From Treponemataceae bacterium (GTDB lineage Bacteria > Spirochaetota > Spirochaetia > Treponematales > Rectinemataceae), in assembly GCA_963667725.2 (NCBI GenBank), contig CAXXHO010000003.1, forward strand, positions 1,120,001-1,184,000: a stretch of 64,000 bases of DNA, read 5' to 3'. Positions 46,974-57,449 of this stretch are shown piece after piece. The notes under the pieces were generated by a model. The model was not told the origin of the DNA and did not search any database. It saw only the letters and a program-made list of their open reading frames with translations. The position numbers and the translations under genes were made by a program. The first letter of the stretch is position 1, and each line of letters starts with the position of its first letter.

Positions 46974-48704
46974 TCAAGAGGGTTTTTTCGTCGTGTCGCG
47001 GTCTTTGAGCAGATCGCCGATGGTGTATCCGGCATCCGCGTCCTCGCTCTGCATGAACTTGGAAATCTCCTCGCGCTGCTGGCGCTGAACCAGATCGCGG
47101 ATGGAAAGGCCAAGCTTCTGCCTCTCGGGATTCAAATCGATGACGACTGCTTTTACCGCCATGCCCACGGTGAAGGTCTTGAGGGCATCGTCCCAGGATA
47201 CGTCCCTGTCGGAACTGAGATCCTGCTTCTTCACGAGGCCGTCGATATCGCCCTGGACTTTGACGAAAACGCCAAAATCGGTGACGTTGGAAACGGTGCC
47301 TTCGACGATGGAACCCACCCTGAACGCTCTCGCGAATGATCTCCAGGGATCTTCCGAGAGCTGCTTTACGCCGAGGCGCACGTTTCGCTCTTCCGGGTTG
47401 CTCTCAATGACCACGACTTCAATTTCTTCGCCTTCGTGGAGCACTGATGCCGGGTTCTTGACCCTGGACGTCCAAGAAAGATCGTCTACGTGGAGAAATC
47501 CGTCGATGCCTTCTTCGAGTTCCACGAAGGCGCCGGCGTTGGTTACTTTCACGATCTTGCGGGTGAGGCGCATACCGAGGGGATAGTTGTCGTTGATGCT
47601 GTCCCAGGGATTGACCTGAACCTGCTTGAGTCCGAGTGAGACTTTTCCAGCTTGAATGTCATACCCAAGAACCATGCAGTCGACGAGGTCGCCGGGCTTG
47701 AGCATGTCTTCGGGCTTATGCACTTTCTTGACCCAGGAGAACTCGGAGATGTGGGCCAGGCCTTCGATGCCCTCTTCCAGCTCGATGAAGGCGCCGTAGT
47801 CGGTAAGCTTAGTCACCTTGCCCTTCACGATGTCGTTGACATGGTACTTTTCCTCGAAGGTGAACCAGGGATCCTGGCTGAAATGTTTCAGGGAAAGGTT
47901 GATGCGTTTTTCTTCCGGTTCGAGACGAATGACCTTGAGTTCGATTTCCTGGCCCTTGCGGACATAGTCCTTGGGTCGGGTCACGTGACCCCAGCTCATG
48001 TCGTTGATATGGAGCAGTCCGTCAAAACCGCCAAGGTCGATGAAGGCTCCAAAGCTGGTAAAGCTTTTCACCACGCCCTTGACCGTATCGCCGATCTGTA
48101 CCGTCTGGAAGAATGCCTCGCGGCGCTTATCGATGTCTTCCTCGAGCCACTTTCTGCGGTTGAGGATTATGTTGATCTTTTTCTCGGAATAGAGGCGCTC
48201 GAGATAGAACTTGCTCTTGAGACCGACGAATCCTTCGCCGCTCTCGACTCTCTGGATGTCGGCCTTGGAAGAAGGCAGGAATCCCTTGAGCCCGTGTCCC
48301 AGGTCGGCCTCGAAGCCGCCCTTCACTTCTTTCTCGATCGTTCCATCGACGGGCTGATGTTCCTTGAACGCGTTCGCTACGGCTTTCCAGAAGACTTTCT
48401 CTTCTGCGCGTTTCTTGGAGACAATTACCTCGCCGGAATGAGTTTCTTTTTTGACAAGGATGACTTTGACATCGTCGCCGACTTTGGGGGGTTCATCACC
48501 GAATTCGATTACGGGGATCTTACCTTCGGATTTGTATCCAACGTCGACAAACACGAAATCGCCAGCTATCTGGACGACTTTGCCGTCAATTAAATCTCCC
48601 TCCTCCAGCCCCTCGAAACTTTTGAGGTACTGCTCCTGCAATTGTGTCTGGAATTCGTCGCGGGCGGGAGCGGCGGCGTCCATTTCCACTTCCTTATTCT
48701 CCAT
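46974..48704 (-). CDS. rpsA: 30S ribosomal protein S1
   Basis: Repeated S1 domains (FGAFIDLGGFDGLLHI, YGAFIELEEGIEGLAHISE). Confidence 0.96.
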   Translation of the reverse strand: MENKEVEMDAAAPARDEFQTQLQEQYLKSFEGLEEGDLIDGKVVQIAGDFVFVDVGYKSEGKIPVIEFGDEPPKVGDDVKVILVKKETHSGEVIVSKKRAEEKVFWKAVANAFKEHQPVDGTIEKEVKGGFEADLGHGLKGFLPSSKADIQRVESGEGFVGLKSKFYLERLYSEKKINIILNRRKWLEEDIDKRREAFFQTVQIGDTVKGVVKSFTSFGAFIDLGGFDGLLHINDMSWGHVTRPKDYVRKGQEIELKVIRLEPEEKRINLSLKHFSQDPWFTFEEKYHVNDIVKGKVTKLTDYGAFIELEEGIEGLAHISEFSWVKKVHKPEDMLKPGDLVDCMVLGYDIQAGKVSLGLKQVQVNPWDSINDNYPLGMRLTRKIVKVTNAGAFVELEEGIDGFLHVDDLSWTSRVKNPASVLHEGEEIEVVVIESNPEERNVRLGVKQLSEDPWRSFARAFRVGSIVEGTVSNVTDFGVFVKVQGDIDGLVKKQDLSSDRDVSWDDALKTFTVGMAVKAVVIDLNPERQKLGLSIRDLVQRQQREEISKFMQSEDADAGYTIGDLLKDRDTTKKPS

Positions 48705-49350
48705 GTGCTTCCCTTAAGTGTAGAATTTTACTGTATACTTTCTCATAAACTTGCTCTATGGTCAAGCCGGATGTATCCAAATACAGGGCGTCAGGGGCGA
48801 TTTTTAAGGCTCCGACTTTCTTATTCTTGTCTATCCTGTCCCTCATCCTGATATTTTCAAGTATCGCTTCAAAGGTCATGGTCGAACTGCCCTGATCGAA
48901 ACGCCTTTTCGCCCTCTCCTCCACCGACGCGTCTATATAAAATTTGGCTTCGGCTTCGGGAAAGACCACCGTCGTCATGTCCCGGCCTTCAACGACGCTG
49001 TCGCGGTTGGCGGCAATCCTTCTGACGATTATGTTGACGATGTCGCGGATCTCGGGAATGGCCGAAACCTGGGATACGATGGCGTCTACCGCGGCGCTGC
49101 GGAGTTCCGCGTTCATTTTCCTGCCGTCGAGTATGATGGCGCCGTCGGCGTCGGAATCGATGTCCAGCGCGGAGGCGCAGGCGAGGAGCGCTTCCCTGTT
49201 TTCATACCCTATGCCGCGCTCGATGGAAGCGAACGAAATCGCCCTGTAGATATTGCCGGAATTGATATACGTAAAGCCCAGCCTGGAGGAAAGCAGCTTG
49301 GCGATCGTCGACTTGCCGCAGCCGGCCGGTCCGTCCATCGCTACGATCAT
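48694..49350 (-). CDS. cmk: Cytidylate kinase (bacterial type)
   Basis: DGPAGCGKST, EGRDMTTVVFP, RD..D; upstream of rpsA. Confidence 0.94.
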   Translation of the reverse strand: MIVAMDGPAGCGKSTIAKLLSSRLGFTYINSGNIYRAISFASIERGIGYENREALLACASALDIDSDADGAIILDGRKMNAELRSAAVDAIVSQVSAIPEIRDIVNIIVRRIAANRDSVVEGRDMTTVVFPEAEAKFYIDASVEERAKRRFDQGSSTMTFEAILENIRMRDRIDKNKKVGALKIAPDALYLDTSGLTIEQVYEKVYSKILHLREAHGE

Positions 49351-50096
49351 ATGCCGGATTCCTTTTTTTTCGATTTTTCCGAAAACGAGCGCAAGGCCGC
49401 CACTTCCTCGGGCGAGAGCTCGCGATGCGCTCCCTCAGCCAGGTCCCCTAGTTCTATGGGGCCTATCCTCACCCTTTTCAGCTTGAGGGCGCGAAGGCCG
49501 AAATGTTCGAGCACGCGGCGGATTTCCCTGTTCTTGCCTTCGATGAGGACGGTCCTCATCTTTCTTTCAGAAAGGACATGGACTGATTCGGCCTTGTAAA
49601 GAATATCTTCCACCAGGACGCCGGCCTCGAATTCCTGGGCGAAGGTCTCGGGAATGTCCAGATCGGTCTCCACTTCGTATTCCTTGTCTATGAGACCGCT
49701 GGGGTGAACCATGAGAGCAGTCAGGTCGCCGTCGTTCGTGAAGAGGAGAAGGCCCGAAGACCATTGGTCGAGGCGCCCGACGTTGTAGACTCGTTCTTCC
49801 ACCGAAGTGCCCAGGAGGGATGCGGCAACAGGGCGGCCCATTTCGTCCGACATCGAGGTGACGAATCCGACAGGTTTATTGAGAGCTATATACCTCAGGC
49901 GAGTCTGCTGCCTGACGACTTTCCCGTCCAGACGGACTTCGTCGCCAGGAAAGGCGCTGTCGCCGAGTTTCGCGGCGCTGCCGTTGACCGACACCCTCCC
50001 CTCCACAAGGAGCTTTTCGCAGGCGCGGCGGGAGCCGATGCCGCAGGAAGCGAGATAAGCCTGGAGACGGATTTTTTCGCGCGGAGTCGTGTTCAT
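49347..50096 (-). CDS. rluB: RsuA/RluB-family pseudouridine synthase
   Basis: S4 domain SRRACE, NKP.G, VGRLD, EGKNREIRR; follows scpAB. Confidence 0.85.
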   Translation of the reverse strand: MNTTPREKIRLQAYLASCGIGSRRACEKLLVEGRVSVNGSAAKLGDSAFPGDEVRLDGKVVRQQTRLRYIALNKPVGFVTSMSDEMGRPVAASLLGTSVEERVYNVGRLDQWSSGLLLFTNDGDLTALMVHPSGLIDKEYEVETDLDIPETFAQEFEAGVLVEDILYKAESVHVLSERKMRTVLIEGKNREIRRVLEHFGLRALKLKRVRIGPIELGDLAEGAHRELSPEEVAALRSFSEKSKKKESGI

Positions 50097-50650
50097 CCCT
50101 GTTCACCTTCCGTTTTATCAAAACGGTTTCTTTCTATTTCGCTCAGTTTAGGCAGGTCGGCGATGGAACCTAATTTAAAATATTTCAGGAATTCCTGGGT
50201 AGTGCCATACTGCATGGGTTTGCCGGGCACGTCTTTTTTACCCACTTCCTGTATGAAGTCGCGCGACAGGAGAAACCGCATCATTCCATCGGCGGAAACC
50301 CCTCGTATCGCCTCAACCTCTGCCCTTGTGATGGGCTGGGAATAGGCGATTATCGACAGGGTTTCCATGGCGGCGCGCGACAGCTTGGCTTCGTTTTTCT
50401 TGCCGTAATGATCTTTGAGGTATTCCCAGAGCTCCACCTTAGGGGCGAGTATCCATCCGCCGCCGGAACGGAGGGGCGCGAATCCGTGGACGGGCGATTC
50501 GTATTCAGCCTGGATGCGCTGGAGGGCGTTCAGGACATCTTCTTCGGACAGGCCCGAGACTCGCGACAGATAGGCTTCGCCTACCGGTTCGCTTTCGAGA
50601 AAGAGTATGGCTCCGATGATCGAAGCATCGTTTTCAGGAGTCTTTTCCAT
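50093..50650 (-). CDS. scpB: SMC-Scp complex subunit ScpB
   Basis: LSRAAMETLSIIAYSQPITRAEVEAIRGV, PGKP..YGTT..FL..F. Confidence 0.95.
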   Translation of the reverse strand: MEKTPENDASIIGAILFLESEPVGEAYLSRVSGLSEEDVLNALQRIQAEYESPVHGFAPLRSGGGWILAPKVELWEYLKDHYGKKNEAKLSRAAMETLSIIAYSQPITRAEVEAIRGVSADGMMRFLLSRDFIQEVGKKDVPGKPMQYGTTQEFLKYFKLGSIADLPKLSEIERNRFDKTEGEQG

Positions 50651-51440
50651 TGAGAACCTCGCTCGAGTAAGGGAAAATCAGGATATCGCCAAAAAGCTTA
50701 TGCTGCTTGATGCTGATGAACTTGTTCTTGACGGACTCCAGCATGGCCAGGAATGCGCAGGCCAGGTCGAGAGCTGACCGCGGCCTGGTTATAAGCTCCA
50801 CGAAGGAAAAGCTGCCCTTGCGCTCCAGGAGCTCCCTCATCAGGGAAATCTTCTCGTTGATGGATACTTCCTCGTAGAGATCGATGATCCTTTCAGAATT
50901 GAAATTCTGCACCAGGGAAGAGAAGGTGCGCAGCAAATCCCAGACATCGAGGTCTTGCCAGAGCGTCTCGTCATCATCGTCGGGAAATGGCAGCGTCCTT
51001 TGCATGCAGGACCGCTCCAGCGTCCATTCGACTTCCATTTCGCGCTGTTCCATGAGTCCTGAAAGCTTTTTATATTTCTGGTACTCGATCAGTTTTTCTA
51101 TGAGCCCCTGCCTTGGGTCATCGAAGTCTTCGTCCTCGAGTGAACTGGAGGGAATGAGCATGCGGGATTTTATGAGAAGCAGTGTCGCCGCCAGATTGTA
51201 GAATTCCGAAAGCTCGTCGAGGTCGACGCCTTCTTCGCTCCTGAGACATTCCAGATATTGCTCGGTGATGGAGGCGATATGGATGTCATAGATATTCATG
51301 TCGTTGCGTTTTATCAGGAAAAGCAGGAGATCCAGGGGACCTTCGAAATCCTTGAGCCTGAAATTTCTTCTCTGCGTGCCGCTATCGATGTATGAGGAAG
51401 GGTTGTCTATGGTGGCGTCTATGTCTGGATTGTTGTTCAT
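50634..51440 (-). CDS. scpA: Segregation/condensation protein A
   Basis: FEGPLDLLLFLI, AATLLLIKSRML, FLAMLE. Confidence 0.94.
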   Translation of the reverse strand: MNNNPDIDATIDNPSSYIDSGTQRRNFRLKDFEGPLDLLLFLIKRNDMNIYDIHIASITEQYLECLRSEEGVDLDELSEFYNLAATLLLIKSRMLIPSSSLEDEDFDDPRQGLIEKLIEYQKYKKLSGLMEQREMEVEWTLERSCMQRTLPFPDDDDETLWQDLDVWDLLRTFSSLVQNFNSERIIDLYEEVSINEKISLMRELLERKGSFSFVELITRPRSALDLACAFLAMLESVKNKFISIKQHKLFGDILIFPYSSEVLNGKDS

Positions 51441-51949
51441 CACGGATAAATTGCATCATATATGCGGGAACCGGTCGGGTAAATACCCTGCGGCGGAAGC
51501 TCGGCCAGGAACTCCATGAAATTCCTGCCGCTCACAGGATCCTGAATCCCTGGATCGAGCTGCAGGAGAGGTATGAGGACGAATTTTCTCTCTCTCATGC
51601 CCGGATGGGGAACGATGAGATCGTCGTCAGCGATAATCCTTCTCCCGTAGAGAAGAATATCGATATCCATAGTCCTCGCGCCCTTGGACACTACGGCTGA
51701 GCGATCCCTGCCCAATTCCAGTTCGATGCGATGGATGGCATTCAAGAGATCGTGCGGTTCAAGCTCGGTCTTACCGGAAAAAACCGCGTTAAGGAATTCG
51801 GGCTGGTCTTCCACATATCGAGCCTTGGAACGCCATAATCCCGACATCCTTGCATCGGAAACGACTTCCTCGAGAAGCGAAACCGCCCTTTTTATGAGGG
51901 TTTCGCTATCCCCGAGGTTGGAGCCGAGTCCTAGCCATACGGTTTCCAT
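51440..51949 (-). CDS. folK: 2-amino-4-hydroxy-6-hydroxymethyldihydropteridine diphosphokinase
   Basis: LGLGSNLG, QPEFLN, RTMDIDIL, PHP...R.FVL.PL. Confidence 0.93.
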   Translation of the reverse strand: METVWLGLGSNLGDSETLIKRAVSLLEEVVSDARMSGLWRSKARYVEDQPEFLNAVFSGKTELEPHDLLNAIHRIELELGRDRSAVVSKGARTMDIDILLYGRRIIADDDLIVPHPGMRERKFVLIPLLQLDPGIQDPVSGRNFMEFLAELPPQGIYPTGSRIYDAIYP

Positions 51950-51957
51950 GAGCCTCT

Positions 51958-53181
51958 TCAGAAAAGGTCGTCGGCGCTTATGACGCTGGCGCCGTCCGCT
52001 TCGGTCCCTGTCTTCATGCCGGCTGCCTTGGCCTTGGCTTCCTCGGGCGAAAGCGGCGAGGCTATCGCTATGCCATTCTGGGCGGCGGTGGCCTTCTCGA
52101 ACATTTTCGCGCGAACGTCCTTCTCAATCGCCATGGCCGCGTCAGGGTTCTGTTCCAGGTATATTTTGGCGTTTTCCCTGCCCTGCCCCACTTTTTCATC
52201 GCCCCAGGTATACCAGGCGCCTTTTTTGTCGACGATGGAATACTTTACCGCGGCGTCCAAGAGGGAGGCCGACCAGGAAATCCCCTTGCCGAATATTATC
52301 TCCAGCTCAGCCCTCCTGAAGGGGGGCGCGACCTTGTTCTTCACTACCTTGACCCTGACCTTATTGCCAACGGCGTCATCGTCTCCGTGCTCGATCGTCT
52401 CGATTTTTCGTACTTCCAGCCTGACGGAGGCATAGAACTTGAGAGCGTTTCCACCCGTTGTCGTTTCCGGATTGCCGAACATGATGCCGATTTTCATGCG
52501 AATCTGATTTATGAAGATGAGGATTGTCTTGCTTTTAGACAAGCTGCCGGCGAGTTTGCGCAGAGCCTGGCTCATGAGTCTCGCCTGGAGGCCCATATGG
52601 GCATCGCCCATTTCGCCTTCGATCTCAGCCTGCGGCGTAAGCGCGGCCACGGAGTCTATGACGATGATGTCCACGGCGCCCGAGCGAATCAGCGATTCGG
52701 CGATATCCAGGGCCTGCTCGCCGTTGTCCGGCTGGGAAACCCAGAGCTCGTCGATGTCGACGCCCAGATTGCGCGCGTAAACCGGGTCGAGAGCGTGCTC
52801 GGCGTCGATGAAGGCGGCGATGCCGCCGCGTTTCTGCGCCTCCGCGATGGCATGGAGGGCCAGCGTGGTCTTCCCCGAAGATTCGGGGCCGTATATCTCC
52901 ACGATTCGGCCGCGGGGATAACCGCCGATGCCAAGGGCCTCGTCGAGCAGTATGGATCCTGAAGGAATGGCTTCGATACCCTGGGCGCTCGAGTGCGCTC
53001 CAAGCTTCATGAGAGAGCCCTGGCCAAATTGCTTCTCAATCTGAAGCCGCGCGGCTTCGAGAGCCTTCTGTTTTTCGGCCTTTTCGTGAGACTTGGGACT
53101 GCCGTCCCCCGCTTCCGCGCCTAGAGTAGTTGTAAGCTCGCCTACCATATCGGCCGAACGTCCGCCCGCTTTTCTTGCCAT
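51958..53181 (-). CDS. recA: Recombinase A
   Basis: [44 protein letters not shown] at 53181 after GGAGG. Confidence 0.97.
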   Translation of the reverse strand: MARKAGGRSADMVGELTTTLGAEAGDGSPKSHEKAEKQKALEAARLQIEKQFGQGSLMKLGAHSSAQGIEAIPSGSILLDEALGIGGYPRGRIVEIYGPESSGKTTLALHAIAEAQKRGGIAAFIDAEHALDPVYARNLGVDIDELWVSQPDNGEQALDIAESLIRSGAVDIIVIDSVAALTPQAEIEGEMGDAHMGLQARLMSQALRKLAGSLSKSKTILIFINQIRMKIGIMFGNPETTTGGNALKFYASVRLEVRKIETIEHGDDDAVGNKVRVKVVKNKVAPPFRRAELEIIFGKGISWSASLLDAAVKYSIVDKKGAWYTWGDEKVGQGRENAKIYLEQNPDAAMAIEKDVRAKMFEKATAAQNGIAIASPLSPEEAKAKAAGMKTGTEADGASVISADDLF

Positions 53182-53210
53182 TATTTCCTCCACAACCCTA
53201 TACCGGTAAA

Positions 53211-53219
53211 ATCATACCA
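53211..53219 (-). promoter_or_regulatory. Extended -10 promoter element upstream of recA
   Basis: Minus strand TG-G-TATGAT in an AT-rich gap. Confidence 0.45.
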
Positions 53220-53248
53220 TATGCTTCAAAAAAATGATAGAAAAGCTC

Positions 53249-54586
53249 TCAGCTTTTTCGGATAAGCTCCTGAACCGAAATCCTGGAGGCCTTTCTAGCC
53301 GGAATAAGCGAGACCACCGCGCTGAGAGCGATGCTGAGCGCGGCTATGAGCGCGATCTGCGCAAAGTCGATGGAGATGGGGATTTTTTCAAGATAATACT
53401 CCGGATCCAAAAGCTTCAGCGCGACGGAAGGCTGTCCCTTTATGAAAGCGAGCCCCGAATCGAAAATATTGGCGATCCACTCTATGCCTGATATCAGGAA
53501 ATTGACGTTTAAGGAGAGGATTAACCCAGCCAGGATGCCAAGAATGGTCCCTAAGCCTCCGGTGATGAAACCAGCGCCCACGAAAATTTGCCGTATAGCT
53601 GAATCCGTGGCGCCCATGCCGCGAAGCACGGCTATATCCATGGAATGTTCGACGACAAAGGTGGAAAGCGAGGAACCGAGGTTGACGGCAGCCACGACAA
53701 GGGCAATGCCCATTATGAAAAGAAGCATGGATTTTGTCGTGCCGAAAGACCTGTAGAGGCTCCGCTCGACTTCAGGCCAGGTTCTCGTCAGGTAGGGATC
53801 GAACCAATCCGGATAGAGAGACTCCATCGCGCCGCTCACGGACTCCTTAATCGAACCAAGGCTGTTCGAATAGGGGTCGGCTACCTTTATCCCAAAAAAC
53901 GAGTAGGACGAAGGATAGTTCAGCAGCCTTTCTCCCGCTTCCGGGCTGATGAAAGCCCAGAGGGCGTCCAAATCGCGATAGCCGGCGCTCACGATCCCCG
54001 TCACCTTGAAAAAGGACAGCCTCGGGGCGTAGCCTGAAAAGTCGGCGCCGATGCCGCCGGCCGTGAATTCGTTTTGCTGGTTGGGCGTTATGACGGTGAG
54101 CGAATCGCCAAGTTTTACGTGAAGGACAGACGCCAGGGAGGATCCAAGAACGATGTCCCTTTTACCTTCGGGCCTGGCCTTCCCTTCGATCAGCCGAAGA
54201 TACTGGCTGACTCCCGGATCGACGAAAAATTCCGGGCTCACCGAACGCAACATGACAGCGTTGCTGGCCTCTGCCGAAACGACAACCCCGCTTCCGTTCT
54301 TTTCGATATAGGCGGCCTGGACGCCTGGCACCGCGCTTAAAGCGACGCGACCTTTTTCTGCATCGCTTCCGGCCATGCTGTCAGGTGCCGCAACCTGCAG
54401 GTGATAGGTTTTTGTCTCCATATAGCGGCGCGTGATGCCCTCGATCATACCATCCGACACTATAAGGACAAGCACGATCGGCACCAGACTGATGCCTATT
54501 CCGAGGATCGCGCCGGCCATGCCGCCTGTGCGCTTCCGGCCGAGCAGGGAACGCGCGGCGATGAAAAAGGAAGCTCCGAAGGTCAT
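53249..54586 (-). CDS. LolC/E-family (FtsX-like) ABC transporter permease
   Basis: TM1, large periplasmic domain, DIAVLRGMGA..., PARKAS. Confidence 0.88.
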   Translation of the reverse strand: MTFGASFFIAARSLLGRKRTGGMAGAILGIGISLVPIVLVLIVSDGMIEGITRRYMETKTYHLQVAAPDSMAGSDAEKGRVALSAVPGVQAAYIEKNGSGVVVSAEASNAVMLRSVSPEFFVDPGVSQYLRLIEGKARPEGKRDIVLGSSLASVLHVKLGDSLTVITPNQQNEFTAGGIGADFSGYAPRLSFFKVTGIVSAGYRDLDALWAFISPEAGERLLNYPSSYSFFGIKVADPYSNSLGSIKESVSGAMESLYPDWFDPYLTRTWPEVERSLYRSFGTTKSMLLFIMGIALVVAAVNLGSSLSTFVVEHSMDIAVLRGMGATDSAIRQIFVGAGFITGGLGTILGILAGLILSLNVNFLISGIEWIANIFDSGLAFIKGQPSVALKLLDPEYYLEKIPISIDFAQIALIAALSIALSAVVSLIPARKASRISVQELIRKS

Positions 54587-55263
54587 AAGGGCTGAAGCCT
54601 CCCCTCGGAAAGGAAAAACCTCTTGTCGGCCGCCTCGGCCAGTCTTGGATCATGGGTGGCAAGAATGACCGTCGCTCCCGATATTGCCGGCAGCCCGAAC
54701 ATGAGCTCCTGGATGGCCTGGGCATTGTCCGCGTCGAGGTTGCCCGTCGGTTCGTCGGCCAGTATGACGGAAGGAGCGTTGACAAGTGCGCGCGCTATGG
54801 CCGTGCGCTGCCTTTCGCCGCCTGAAAGTTCCGTGGGGAAATGGTCCTTCCTTTCCGCCATACCGACTTTCTCAAGAAGGGATTCGGCCCTTGCCCAGGC
54901 TTCCTTTCGCGGAACGCCGTTCATGTAAGCCGGAAGCGCCACGTTCTCCAGGGCGCTGAAATCTTTCAGGAGATAATGAAACTGGAAAACGAAACCCACT
55001 AGGCAGCTTCGGTACTTGGGAAGCTCCTTTTCGGAAAGAGAATGCAGGGCATAACTTCCCACCGTCACTTCCCCAGAATCGAAACCTTCCAGTCCTCCGA
55101 TGATCGAAAGAAGCGTGCTCTTCCCGGAGCCTGAAGAACCCATGATTGAGCAGGAACTTCCGGGCGTAAGCTCCAGGTCTACTCCCCTCAAGACATGAAG
55201 GATTTCGGCCTGACTCTCGAAATTCTTGATGAGATTCCTGCAGCTGATGATACTGTCACTCAT
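54583..55263 (-). CDS. lolD: LolD-like ABC transporter ATP-binding protein
   Basis: GSSGSGKST, GFVFQFHYLL, LSGGERQR, ADEPTGNLD. Confidence 0.88.
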   Translation of the reverse strand: MSDSIISCRNLIKNFESQAEILHVLRGVDLELTPGSSCSIMGSSGSGKSTLLSIIGGLEGFDSGEVTVGSYALHSLSEKELPKYRSCLVGFVFQFHYLLKDFSALENVALPAYMNGVPRKEAWARAESLLEKVGMAERKDHFPTELSGGERQRTAIARALVNAPSVILADEPTGNLDADNAQAIQELMFGLPAISGATVILATHDPRLAEAADKRFFLSEGRLQPL

Positions 55264-56563
55264 TTCTGAATACCTCTGAGGGCTTGGCTTCCGAAACCTT
55301 GCGCGCCGCTACGAGGGCCGCGAGACCGGTGGACGCTATAGCCGTCAACGCGATGAAGATGATCTCGGCCGCCGATATCGAAACCGGGATCGCGTCGATA
55401 TAGTAATAGGATGGCGAGAATAGCTTGAAATCGCCGCCTGAGGACGCTAGCCCCAGGCTGCCCAGCGAGGAAGCGATAAAGCGCATGACGCCGGCGGCCA
55501 GTTCGAGAATCCGGTTTATATTCGAGCTCAGAAGCAGCCCGAGGGCGATGCCCGCCACTGCGCCCATAAGGCCAATGGAAAGGCCGTTTACGATGAATAT
55601 CCCGCGAATGTCGCCATCCGTGGCCCCGCAGGCCTTGAGCACCGCGATGTCGGACATTTTCGCGGCGATGACACGACGCATCGCGTGGAAGATATTGATG
55701 CCGACAACCACGAAGATGAGGCTTATGAGCAGCATCATCATCGACTTTTCGGTGCGGAGCGCGCCGAAAAAGCTTCTGTTGTAATCGCGCCAGGAAGTAA
55801 CCTTGCCGGCTTCTTCCGGCAGGAGGCTCTGAATGGCACCCGCGATCCTGTAATCAGAATAGCGGTTGTCCAGCTTGATGCCCAAAACCGGGGATACCGT
55901 GGAGAAAAATGGGGCCAGATCGCCCGAAGCCTCAAGCGACACGAAGCCCATGGCCGCGTCGAATTCGTAGTAGCCCGAGCTGAAAACGGATCCGATCGGA
56001 ATCGATTTCTTTATGGGAAGGACACCTTCCTCCGCGCTCTGGGACATGCCGAACAACTCTATCGGCGTACCCTTGTCGGCGCCAAGATAGGCGGCGGCTT
56101 CCTTGCCGAGCACGATGAAACCCTCCCGCGGCAATTTTTCCGACAGGGAAAGGCCCAGGGAGCGGACGAGCGAAGGATCGTCGCGCTCGGCGCCTCTGGG
56201 GAAAGCCCTCAGGTTAAGCGTCAGCGCCTGCCCCGAGGGACCGAGGGCGAGGACATGAGTTTCCTTGAAGGCGACGACGGAGGAAACGCCTGGGACGGCC
56301 CTTATGGCAGCGAGCGAAAAGGCATCGAGGGAGCCGGACGCGTATTCTTTGGGCATCTCCACGCGTAGGTGGAAGCTGGAAATTTCAAGAATCGAATCGA
56401 TGTAGCCTTGCTGAAGCCCGCCCATAACGCCCAAAACGATGATGAGAGCGGTCACGCCCGCCGCTATGCCGGCCGCGGCGAGCAGAGCTCGGCTCAGGGA
56501 CATTCGCCTGCGGCCTGAGAAACCCCAGCGGTATGCCGCGAAAAGCAGCGATTGTTTTGTCAC
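55256..56563 (-). CDS. LolC/E-family ABC transporter permease
   Basis: GIAAGVTALIIVLGVMGG, EK.MM, DIAVLKACGA. Confidence 0.88.
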   Translation of the reverse strand: MTKQSLLFAAYRWGFSGRRRMSLSRALLAAAGIAAGVTALIIVLGVMGGLQQGYIDSILEISSFHLRVEMPKEYASGSLDAFSLAAIRAVPGVSSVVAFKETHVLALGPSGQALTLNLRAFPRGAERDDPSLVRSLGLSLSEKLPREGFIVLGKEAAAYLGADKGTPIELFGMSQSAEEGVLPIKKSIPIGSVFSSGYYEFDAAMGFVSLEASGDLAPFFSTVSPVLGIKLDNRYSDYRIAGAIQSLLPEEAGKVTSWRDYNRSFFGALRTEKSMMMLLISLIFVVVGINIFHAMRRVIAAKMSDIAVLKACGATDGDIRGIFIVNGLSIGLMGAVAGIALGLLLSSNINRILELAAGVMRFIASSLGSLGLASSGGDFKLFSPSYYYIDAIPVSISAAEIIFIALTAIASTGLAALVAARKVSEAKPSEVFRNE

Positions 56564-57429
56564 TCTCCGAGGCCCAGAAATTCGTCAAGGAAGGCTTCGG
56601 GATCGAAGAGAGCGAAATCCTTATAGCCCTCGCCCGTTCCGACGAAAAGCGTGGCCAAGCCGAACTGCTTGGCCAGACTCAGCACCATCCCGCCCTTAGC
56701 CGTGGAATCGTGTTTGCTGAGGATGACACCGTCAACGGTCACCGCCTCGTTGAAGGTTTCCGCCTGACGCATGCCGTTCTGTCCAGTGGTTGAGTCCAGG
56801 ACGAGGATTTTGCTGTACTTCGCGCCGGGCGCGCGCTGCGAGATGATCCTGTCCATTTTTTCCAGTTCCTTAAGGAGATCCTGGCGAGTATGCATGCGGC
56901 CGGCTGTGTCGGCTATTACGAGGCCCGCGCGTCCGGCGCCGACCGCCTCTATGCTGTCCCAGAGCACGGCGGCCGCGTCGGCGCCCTGATGCTGCGCCAC
57001 AACCCTAACTCCCGTACGTTCTCCGTGAATTTTAAGCTGATTGACGGCGGCGGCCCTGAAGGTATCGCCGGCCGCGAGGATGATATTGTCTATGCCCTTA
57101 TTTTTGGCCCAGAAAGCCAGCTTAGCGCAGGAGGTCGTTTTACCAACGCCGTTGACCCCCAGCAGCAGCACGATATTTAAACGAGCGGGGTCGATATCGA
57201 AAGATTTCTTCATCGCGTAAGGCTCGAGGATACCCTTGAGTGCCTTCCTGGCCGACTCCAGATCCCCGATTTTTTCCTTTCGGCAGACTTCCTTGAGGCG
57301 CTCTACTGTCTCGAAAGCGAAGGCCGCGCCCATATCGCCTTCGACGAGGAGATCGGTCAGGTCTTCGAATACCTCGTCGCTGAGAATCGTTTTCTTGAAA
57401 AAAGCCCGTATTTTATCGCCAAAACCCAT
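56560..57429 (-). CDS. ftsY: Signal recognition particle receptor FtsY (NG domain only)
   Basis: GVNGVGKTT, DTFRAAA..QL, DTAGR, TGQN, STAKGG. Confidence 0.95.
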   Translation of the reverse strand: MGFGDKIRAFFKKTILSDEVFEDLTDLLVEGDMGAAFAFETVERLKEVCRKEKIGDLESARKALKGILEPYAMKKSFDIDPARLNIVLLLGVNGVGKTTSCAKLAFWAKNKGIDNIILAAGDTFRAAAVNQLKIHGERTGVRVVAQHQGADAAAVLWDSIEAVGAGRAGLVIADTAGRMHTRQDLLKELEKMDRIISQRAPGAKYSKILVLDSTTGQNGMRQAETFNEAVTVDGVILSKHDSTAKGGMVLSLAKQFGLATLFVGTGEGYKDFALFDPEAFLDEFLGLGE

Positions 57430-57449
57430 ATTTTCTCCGTCAGTGGAAT

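Noticed and set aside
56560..57429. FtsY lacking the acidic N-terminal domain as a truncation
   Set aside because: NG-only FtsY proteins are common; RBS and all GTPase motifs are present
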